A stretch of 64,000 nucleotides of DNA, from positions 96,001 through 160,000 of the forward strand of contig CAVPIW010000010.1 in the NCBI GenBank assembly GCA_963705105.1, read 5' to 3'. Of this stretch, positions 31,036 to 40,306 are shown in pieces (position 1 is the stretch's first letter; each line of letters starts with the position of its first letter). Under the pieces are notes generated by a model. It was not told where the DNA came from. It searched no databases and saw only the letters and a program-made list of their open reading frames with translations. The position numbers were made by a program, and so were the translations under genes. Source of the stretch: an uncultured Nitrospiraceae bacterium. GTDB taxonomy: Bacteria; Nitrospirota; Thermodesulfovibrionia; Thermodesulfovibrionales; Dissulfurispiraceae.

Positions 31036-31354
31036 CTCTGACCTCCTTCATTCGTCGCCGAGCTATGGCAAGCTCTTTCGGCGGCGTCTTCTGAGTCTTC
31101 TTGGTGAACTGCTGTAGGATCACGATTCTCTTTCCGATCAATGTTCAGTAAAATACGCGGGCAATGCCTTCCACGGCTTTCAGTCGTAGTTCGAACAACC
31201 CGTCGCCCATAGCTCGCGTATGTGGCATGCCCAGATCAGGACCGTAGATTTCCATACCGTCGGTGTACCGCAAGTAACGGCCAAGAAGACCGGCCGGAAA
31301 GGCAAGGACGTCTTCTTGGAGAGCCTCGCTGTAATATGTGATCGTCCAGCTCAC
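31013..31354 (-). pseudogene. RelE/ParE (Gp49/HigB-like) toxin with in-frame TGA at 31145-31147
   Basis: LGMPHTRAMGDGLFELRLK...ARVFY*TLIGKRIVILQQFTKKTQKTP, continuing to TAA at 31013. Confidence 0.85.
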
Positions 31355-31360
31355 ATGTCA

Positions 31361-31379
31361 ATTATAGCACATTTGCTAT
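31361..31379 (-). promoter_or_regulatory. -10 box TATAAT and palindromic operator of the toxin-antitoxin operon
   Basis: ATAGCA-CATT-TGCTAT palindrome overlapping TATAAT, 6 nt upstream of the GTG start. Confidence 0.55.
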
Positions 31380-31580
31380 GCCGAAGCGCATGAATCTCCT
31401 TGAATTAAAAGCTGCGCACGACTAAGTGCAGCTCTCACAGGCTGAGAAGCAGCAGGAGAGCGACCACAGCAAAACGAGTGCTTTCCGCCCGTGGTCCCCG
31501 GCGAGTTGCCGCAGTACGGCGATGACTCATGTCCAAACCTCTGTTCTTCAAGCTCTCGATGTCCTCACCGACTTCATATG

Positions 31581-31829
31581 TCAGTCGAACAGTTCCTCGA
31601 GAAAAGACTTCTTTTTGTATTTCTTGTATTCGTGGTGGCCGCCATGTTCTTTTTCCTGGTGATCAGTTTTCCGCCTGTAATTCTCCGAGGTCTGCATGCC
31701 CGATCGTTCGATGATCTTGTCGAGTTCCCCCCGGTCCAGCCAGACTCCCCGGCACTGCGGGCAGTAGTCGATCTCAATTCCCTGGCGCTCAGACATCTGC
31801 AAGTCAATTGTACAAACAGGACATTTCAT
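31581..31829 (-). CDS. zf-TFIIB domain protein
   Basis: MKCPVC...IEIDYCPQCRGVWLDRGELDKIIER...KKKSFLEELFD. Confidence 0.92.
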   Translation of the reverse strand: MKCPVCTIDLQMSERQGIEIDYCPQCRGVWLDRGELDKIIERSGMQTSENYRRKTDHQEKEHGGHHEYKKYKKKSFLEELFD

Positions 31830-31953
31830 GGTTTCCTCCTTACATCCATGGTTTAAACCCTAACGAACCTCAGTCAGCATTATTTGCAACGCCTCATGAG
31901 CCTGCAAACACCCAGTCCGCCTCGGTCGCATCAGCTCCGGCCACGATGAAGAC

Positions 31954-32631
31954 TTACCCTGAAGCTGCATCGGCTCCCGCATCGGCCGTGCGTCTGTTCA
32001 TGAAGACAACGGCAGCGACCAGCAGCGCGATCACCAAAATGCTGCCTGCAACGAGCGGGGCTGTCCAGAAACCGGCGGGCGCCGACCTGTAGACCCCTGC
32101 GGCGCCGAAGGCGATGAAGATCATGGCGGCGACCCACTTGATCAGGCGGTCGGGTATTTTCTTTCCCATCACGACGCCGAAGATGATCCCGATGGCGTCG
32201 GCAACAAGCATCCCCGCAGTGGTACCTAACCAAACCGGGACTATCGTCCGGTACTCCGCGGCGAGTGCTGCCGTTGCAAGCTGTGTCTTGTCGCCCATTT
32301 CCGCTATGAAAAAGGCGATGGCGACTGTCCAAAACGGGCCGAACCTGGATGGCTTCGTGTCGCAGTCGAGCGTGTCCCCTCTGATCGTCCAAAGCCCGAA
32401 AATAATGAACGATACGCCTGCCGCTATATTGATGTAGCTCATGGGAACGAACTGCGTGAGATAGTTGCCTGCAACGACGGCAAGCAAATGGTTTGCTGCA
32501 GTCGCCACGAAGACTCCCCACATGACCGTCTGCCACCGGTACCTGGCGGCAAAGCACATGGCAAGCAGCTGTGTCTTGTCACCCATCTCGGCAAGAACGA
32601 CAAAGATCAACGAAGAAAGAAATGCTGTCAC
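31954..32631 (-). CDS. TMEM165/GDT1 (UPF0016) family putative Mn2+/Ca2+ exporter
   Basis: Two EMGDKTQL motifs; GGAGG SD before GTG 32631. Confidence 0.93.
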   Translation of the reverse strand: MTAFLSSLIFVVLAEMGDKTQLLAMCFAARYRWQTVMWGVFVATAANHLLAVVAGNYLTQFVPMSYINIAAGVSFIIFGLWTIRGDTLDCDTKPSRFGPFWTVAIAFFIAEMGDKTQLATAALAAEYRTIVPVWLGTTAGMLVADAIGIIFGVVMGKKIPDRLIKWVAAMIFIAFGAAGVYRSAPAGFWTAPLVAGSILVIALLVAAVVFMNRRTADAGADAASG

Positions 32632-32653
32632 GGTCTCCACCTCCAGGCGTAAT

Positions 32654-32703
32654 AAAAAAGCGAGAGACTTTAGCATGACCTTTGGCCACACTAAAGCTCT
32701 CGC
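32654..32703 (-). terminator. intrinsic terminator (riboswitch expression platform)
   Basis: GCGAGAGCTTTAG...CTAAAGTCTCTCGC followed by TTTTTT on the minus strand. Confidence 0.75.
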
Positions 32704-32790
32704 TTATTGGTCGGATACATCAACCAACGACAAGGCCAGGTTGTTACACCAGCATGTTGACCTTGTCTGTATTAGCTACTCCGCTTTAGA
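32691..32790 (-). ncRNA. yybP-ykoY (Mn2+) riboswitch
   Basis: TAAAGCGGAGTAGC...GACAAGGTCAACATGC...GGCCTTGTC...AAGCGAGAGCTTTA upstream of the GDT1-family gene. Confidence 0.8.
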
Positions 32791-33111
32791 TGCTTAAATA
32801 TACCAGCTCTTTTGCACTGAAATCAAGGAAGCGGAAAGACGGGCTGTTTACCGGGGTTGTTCACAGAGGCAGGTCAACTGCTCAACGTCGTCACCATAGC
32901 TCACCCCGTCATCCCGAAGGACTCATCTACCTCATGCACAGGACGCACAATTTGACCTGCTTGACAACGGGGTTCTCCGACTGGCCTTTCATCTCGATGA
33001 CAGACCTGTCTATTCAGGAGGATGCAAAGAGGTCCTCCACGCTTATGAGCGTGCCAAAGCAAGGTATCAATAGATCGGCTCGTGACTATGCATAGATATG
33101 CCGGTTATTTC

Positions 33112-33157
33112 TTGACTTTTGTTTCACTATAGAGTATATTTTCACCATATGGTGAAA
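33112..33157 (+). promoter_or_regulatory. sigma70 promoter with palindromic operator for the AbiE operon
   Basis: TTGACT-N17-TATATT followed by the perfect 18-bp palindrome TTTCACCATATGGTGAAA (33140-33157). Confidence 0.65.
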
Positions 33158-33166
33158 CAGGCTATT

Positions 33167-34225
33167 ATGATGAAACTGAATTCTGAAAAAGATCTTCTTA
33201 ATAAGGCCAGGAAGAGCATAGAGACCGTGCTTTCAGATGTTCCGTTCATTACCCTGCTCGAAACGAAGGCTGATCTCAGAGTGGACGATCAACAAATTGA
33301 TCTCGTGGTAAATGCCCGTGTCTCCGGAAAACCGGCAAGATTCCTCGTCGAAGTAAAATCACAGGGTGAGCCCCGCCTTGTGAGAGTGGCCGTCGCCCAA
33401 TTTAAAGAGTATCTGAAGGATCTCAAGAACTCCTATGGCGTCTTGGTCGCACCCTATCTTAGCGACACAAGCAGGCAGATTTGCAGAGATGCAGGGATCG
33501 GGTGCATAGACCTCGCAGGGAATGCGTACTTATCTTTCAAGAACATTTTTATTGATAAACGGGGAAAGCCAAACCCTTTCCCCGTTGCCCGCGTTTCCAG
33601 GTCAGTCTTCTCACCGAAATCAAGCCGGCTGCTGAGGGTCCTCCTCGCAGCCCCTTCAAAACGATGGAATGTTGAAAATATGTCCCGCGAAGCCGGCATA
33701 AGCATGGGATTGACCTCAAGGGTAAAACAAACCCTTCTGGCGCAGGAATGGATCGAGGAAGTAAACAAGACCTTCTATCTGGTGAAGCCGGAAGAAATGC
33801 TTAATCGTTGGGTGAGTAATTATTCTTATCAAAAGAACCCGGCCTTCTCTTTTTACTCAAACCGTTCTGAAGAGGAGTTGGAAGCGGCAGTCAAAAAAGA
33901 GTGCGATAAGAGAAATTATGCCTATGGCCTGGCATTGTTCTCAGGCGCTCGAAAGGTCGCTCCATTCGTCAGGTTCATGAGGTTCTTTTCGTATATCGAC
34001 GGTAGTATAGAGAACTTGGCAGCAGCCCTTCAGCTGAAGAAGGTGGAAAGCGGTGCAAATGTCGTATTGATCCAGCCTTATGACAAGGGTGTCTTCTACG
34101 GTCTCCAAAATATTGGCGGTATCAATGTGGTATCAGATATCCAGCTTTATCTTGATCTTAAGGGATACAAGGGGCGCGGAGAGGACGCAGCACAGGCGAT
34201 ACTCGAAAAGAGGTCATGTCAATAG
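33167..34225 (+). CDS. type IV TA AbiEi-family antitoxin; last 5 codons displaced by IS256
   Basis: FLVEVK..GEPR, APYLS, DLAGN, wHTH, GANVVLIQPYDKGVF, QLYLDL...GRGEDAA. Confidence 0.8.
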   Translation: MMKLNSEKDLLNKARKSIETVLSDVPFITLLETKADLRVDDQQIDLVVNARVSGKPARFLVEVKSQGEPRLVRVAVAQFKEYLKDLKNSYGVLVAPYLSDTSRQICRDAGIGCIDLAGNAYLSFKNIFIDKRGKPNPFPVARVSRSVFSPKSSRLLRVLLAAPSKRWNVENMSREAGISMGLTSRVKQTLLAQEWIEEVNKTFYLVKPEEMLNRWVSNYSYQKNPAFSFYSNRSEEELEAAVKKECDKRNYAYGLALFSGARKVAPFVRFMRFFSYIDGSIENLAAALQLKKVESGANVVLIQPYDKGVFYGLQNIGGINVVSDIQLYLDLKGYKGRGEDAAQAILEKRSCQ

Positions 34226-35580
34226 GTGTGTAAAAAGCCATTAGGCGGCGATCCTTTCGACAGACTCTTCCTGCTCGACGGCAATGCCGTCTGTGAAGTG
34301 TTTCCCCTCGTGGACATCCCTCAGTAACCAATATCCCTTGAGCCTGCGGAATCTCTTCTCAGCGACTCCCAGCAACTTCCAGATCATCGCCGTCGCGTTT
34401 TGGACTTTCCTATACCGCTTCGCCGCATCCGTTCTCAAACGCACCGCGCTGAACGGTGACTCCACCACATTGGTCGTCCTGATATGCACCCAGTGCTCTT
34501 TCGGCAATGAATAGAACGTCACCATTCGCTCCCAATCTCTCCTCAGGGTCTCCGTCGCCTTCGGAAAATCCCTCCCATACCGGCTGATAAAGCTGTCCCG
34601 GAGACTCTCACACTCTGCCTGCGTCTCTGCATAGGGGATCCTGGTGAGATACTCGCCCGCCTCGGCACGTATCCTCTTGGGCATCGCATCCAGCACGTTG
34701 GTTATCTTATGGTTCCAGCACCGCTGCTCTTTGCCCTCGGGATGAAGCTCGCCCAATGCTGACCATACTCCCAAATGGCCATCGGCAACCGTCAATGTGC
34801 CCAGCTTCAGTCCCCGAGCGGTCAGATCCCTCAGGACCCCTGCCCAGGATTCCTTGCTCTCCCGATATCCGCTCTCGCAGGCCAACAGTACCTTTTCCCC
34901 GCTCACCAATGCACCGATGATCACCAGCAATGCTGCTTTATCCTTCTCCAGCCCGGCCTTCACGTATATCCCGTCCGCCCACTGATAGACGACCTCAAGC
35001 CCGGAAAGATCCCGAGCCTTCCACTCGTCGTATTCGCACTGCCACTTGCCCTTCAGCCGCTGGATCGACGAGGACGACAGCGGCGCCCCTTCTCCCAATA
35101 ACCCCCGAAGCGCTAAATCAAAATCCCCCTGCGCCAGTCCGTGAAGATACAGTTCCGGCAGGAGCTGCCCCACTTCTTTGGACCGACGCGTGAAAAAAGG
35201 CAGCACCTTGCTCTCAAATCGCTCCTCTACACCCCGCACACGAGGCCGCCGGACCGTAATCGTCCCGTTCATCAGCGTGAACTTCTTCCCCTTCCCGTGT
35301 CCGTTCCAATACCCCCGGGTCCCGTCCACCTTCTTGATCCTCTCCGATTTCCTCCTCCCTAAAAATATCTCGACTTCTTCCTCCAAAATGTCCTGGATGT
35401 ATTCCTGTACTTTCAGCCGAACCATGCCTTCCAATGTCTCGTATGTCACTCTTGACGCCTCAACTGCCTCGGTGATACTCTTTTCCATGGTGGTGTCTCC
35501 TTTCTCTTCGTTGATTCCAGGTCAACTGATTAAGGATACACCGCCTTCTTACTCATTTACACACTTTTTGATCTTACCTC
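34210..35580 (-). mobile_element. IS256 family insertion sequence
   Basis: TIRs GAGGT...GTGTGTAAA; 9-bp TSD ACTCGAAAA at 34201-34209 and 35581-35589. Confidence 0.93.
34241..35488 (-). CDS. IS256 transposase
   Basis: WADGIYVK, VADGHLGVW, QRCWNHK, RTTNVVESPF. Confidence 0.95.
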   Translation of the reverse strand: MEKSITEAVEASRVTYETLEGMVRLKVQEYIQDILEEEVEIFLGRRKSERIKKVDGTRGYWNGHGKGKKFTLMNGTITVRRPRVRGVEERFESKVLPFFTRRSKEVGQLLPELYLHGLAQGDFDLALRGLLGEGAPLSSSSIQRLKGKWQCEYDEWKARDLSGLEVVYQWADGIYVKAGLEKDKAALLVIIGALVSGEKVLLACESGYRESKESWAGVLRDLTARGLKLGTLTVADGHLGVWSALGELHPEGKEQRCWNHKITNVLDAMPKRIRAEAGEYLTRIPYAETQAECESLRDSFISRYGRDFPKATETLRRDWERMVTFYSLPKEHWVHIRTTNVVESPFSAVRLRTDAAKRYRKVQNATAMIWKLLGVAEKRFRRLKGYWLLRDVHEGKHFTDGIAVEQEESVERIAA

Positions 35581-35604
35581 ACTCGAAAAGAGGTTAAAGC
35601 CTAC

Positions 35605-36915
35605 ATGGTAAGCAAAAGCCTGTACGGCAACAGAGAGGTCAATGCTTGTAAGTCAGTGCTCCTGGAACTCGTGCATATTCTCGGGAATGCAAAGACGAGA
35701 TGGTCATCATCGGCGGCTGGACCCCCTCTTTTCTTCTTCCCGACTCAAAAGAGCCGCATGTCGGAAGCCTTGATATTGACGTTGCCCTGAATTTCTCAGA
35801 AATCCCTGATGAGGCATACCAAACAATTCTGAAAGCTTTGCTTAAGAGAGGCTATATGCAGGATGCGCAACCCTTCAGGTTTTTTCGCAAGGTCCGAGCA
35901 GCAGGATATGATCCGATAGATGTTGAAATCGATCTTATGGCCGGGGAATACGGAGGAACCGGCAAGACGCACAGGACTCAAAAAATTCAGGATATCCGCG
36001 CCAGAAAAGCCCGTGGTTGTGATCTTGCCTTTGATGCTTCGGTCACCGTAACGCTCGAAGGCGACCTCCCGGATGGAGGAAGAGACAAGGTAAGCTTCAA
36101 GGTCGCCGGTATAGTACCGTTTCTTGTTATAAGGGAATGGCGATGTATGACAGGATGAAGGAAAAGGATGCTTATGACATTTACTACTGCGTTGAGTACT
36201 TGTTAGCGCCGCGGGAAAGGAACCGAATCCGGCGATGAAGGAACCGTATATGGCGAGAATGGTTCCCGTTACAGCATGACAGTATAGCTGCAAACCTGCC
36301 CTTGAAACGGCAGTGGCCACCGGGAAAAAAATGCTCATTCTAATGAAGCGTCACACTCTCTGTCGATAGAAGATCCCCTGGAAGGGTAGAAATATCCATT
36401 AATGATGAACCAATCAATGATGACGGCCGAAGCTGCCACTGTCTCGACGATATCGATTCTTCATCAGGCATGGCAGCACATTTTATCATGAAGGCACTAT
36501 AAAAATGTGAGCTGCAGGAAGGCAAATAGCGATGATCACCAGATGCTGGGAGATGGTAACCATATTTCGCCATATTCGGCTCCTTTATGTCGACTGTTTT
36601 GGTCCGCCAGATATGGCTCTTTTTTCTCGGCCCCAACAGTACTATCCGGGCGGTACAGATAAGCTCGCTGTCGAATGCTCATCTTTTCTGAAGAACAAGC
36701 TTGTCCTTGAAGGGCTCGGGAAAATAAGAAGCAAATTTGCCTCTGTCGAGCATGTAGGTCCCACGTGGGTTGCGGACTTTCTTGAAATCACAGAAAAAGA
36801 GGACAGGGAAATTATCATGCGGAGGGCATACGAGAAGGTGAATGAGCTCCTTGATTTGCTCAGGATTTCTTCTTGGGAAGAACCAGCCCCGATCGGTCGA
36901 AATAGAGTGAGGTAA
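35605..36915 (+). pseudogene. AbiEii-like nucleotidyltransferase toxin; frameshifts near 35686 and 36130 plus a 438-bp insertion
   Basis: IIGGWTP...GSLDID, then MKG...KEKDAYDIYYCVEY|YPGG rejoined across the insertion. Confidence 0.8.
36201..36638. mobile_element. non-autonomous element (MITE) with TGTT...AACA ends, IS21/Tn7-like
   Basis: 5-bp TSD GTACT (36196-36200, 36639-36643); imperfect TIRs; 19-bp subterminal repeats at both ends. Confidence 0.85.
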
Positions 36916-37126
36916 TCTGCGGCCTGAGTTGCATGACCGATCAGTTGCCCTGAATGCTCTCGATCTCACCGTTTCGCCAGCCGACGCAGACCAGGGCACC
37001 ACCGTGGAGCGAATTCTGAAATCAGTCATTTCCTGAATCTCCGGATACAGTTACCAGTGCTTTACTTTTCAGCTTCTTGGCAGGACGTCAAAGTTCTGAA
37101 AATCAGGAGGGACGGTATCCAAAAAG

Positions 37127-37209
37127 TGCCGGTGGTGGGAGTTGAACCCACACGGGCCTAAGCCCAGCGGATTTTGAGTCCGCCGCGTCTGCCATTCCAC
37201 CACACCGGC
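37127..37209 (-). tRNA. tRNA-Leu (CAA)
   Basis: GCCGGTG acceptor stem, GCGGA-CTCAAAA-TCCGC anticodon arm, long variable arm, GGTTCAACTCCC T-arm; CCA not encoded. Confidence 0.95.
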
Positions 37210-37237
37210 TCATTCGTGCGCGGCCGCATGAGAAAAG

Positions 37238-37447
37238 CTATTCCGTTTTTTTCCTTCTCCGGCGGATGCCGGGACTTTCCTGCCCGGCGCCTTTCTCGCC
37301 TCCCTGCCCGTTCGTTTCGGTGAAACAGGGCGGCAGTTCTCCGGCCTCACGGTGCTCGTTGAGGCACTCGTTGCAGAGGTTCTTCCTGCTGCCCGACGGA
37401 TTGGCGCAGGCGCGCTTTTTCACCTTCTCTTCCGCGGCTACTGTCAT
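37238..37447 (-). CDS. small Cys/His-rich protein (DUF6485-like)
   Basis: CNECLNEHREAGELPPCF motif. Confidence 0.45.
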   Translation of the reverse strand: MTVAAEEKVKKRACANPSGSRKNLCNECLNEHREAGELPPCFTETNGQGGEKGAGQESPGIRRRRKKTE

Positions 37448-37578
37448 GCAGATAGTATATCATTATTGCCGAATTCCTAAGAAGTCGTTATCACGCGAAG
37501 CCTATCCCCACAGATTAGGAAGCCCGAAACCGGCACCCGGGCTGCATTATTACCAGAGCAATTAAATATCGATACCTT

Positions 37579-37748
37579 TGTCATTGCCGCAACCCCGCAC
37601 TTGATGCGGGGGCGTCGGCAATCCTTCTGAAAACCGGGAAGGATTCCGGACGAGCCGGAATGACGAAGCATAGTGCAGTTCATAGGTCTAATTGCCGGGT
37701 TAATAATCTGACTGAAAACACTGGATTCCCGTCTGCACGGGAATGACG
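37579..37748. repeat. cluster of short palindromic repeats (GTCATT(G/C)C...GGAATC/GGAATGAC)
   Basis: GGATTCCGGACGAGCCGGAATGAC and GGATTCCCGTCTGCACGGGAATGAC; 37640-37705 matches 61648-61712 in reverse. Confidence 0.7.
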
Positions 37749-37793
37749 GAAAAGCGTTGTGGCGGGCTTCTCACGAGGTCGTCCGGGGCAGGG

Positions 37794-39858
<2,065 letters not shown>

Positions 39859-39890
39859 TTATATCAGAACATCCCTTCATGAAAGACATG

Positions 39891-40090
39891 AACCTGTCGT
39901 TGCACACTCCATCGAGAAAGGCGGGGTGTATGCGCCGAAAACATGAGACGACGTCCGCGCGAATGCCTGAAAAGGTCTGCCTTCTGCTCACACTCACACT
40001 GACACTGATACTGTTTTTGAGGCGCTTCGCCCCGCCATTGAGTCACTTCATCGCATTGGAAAGGCTTTGAACCATACCTGCCTTCCCGGA
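39891..40090 (-). repeat. dispersed MITE-like repeat family, copy F
   Basis: AACCTGTCGTTGCA...AAGGCGGGGTGTATGCGCCG ... CACTGACACTG..CTGTTTTT..CTTCGCCCCGCC plus ATCGCATTGGAAAGG module. Confidence 0.75.
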
Positions 40091-40225
40091 CAGCGCCAGA
40101 CGGACTTTCAGGCCTCTCTCCCCCACCTTTTTTCGGGTCGTAAATCGGACTAACAGGTTGTCCACACCGATTTCACAGGAAAAGACCTGTGAAAACAGAG
40201 ACCTCCCTTTTCGGTCATTTTTCCC

Positions 40226-40254
40226 TTGACATCCACAAGATGTTGTGGTTTAAT
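40226..40254 (+). promoter_or_regulatory. nrdJ promoter with NrdR box
   Basis: TTGACA-N17-TTTAAT with the palindrome CCACAAGATGTTGTGG (40233-40248) in the spacer. Confidence 0.75.
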
Positions 40255-40306
40255 TTAACGTATCATACAAAATGATGGATTTTTCATATTTTCAGGGGGG
40301 ATTGCC

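Noticed and set aside
53..31147. TGA recoding (Trp or Sec) suggested by two in-frame TGAs
   Set aside because: Core genes (uppS, dxr, cdsA) terminate at TGA and use TGG for Trp. No convincing SECIS follows either codon. Both are single-base changes from TGG or TGY.
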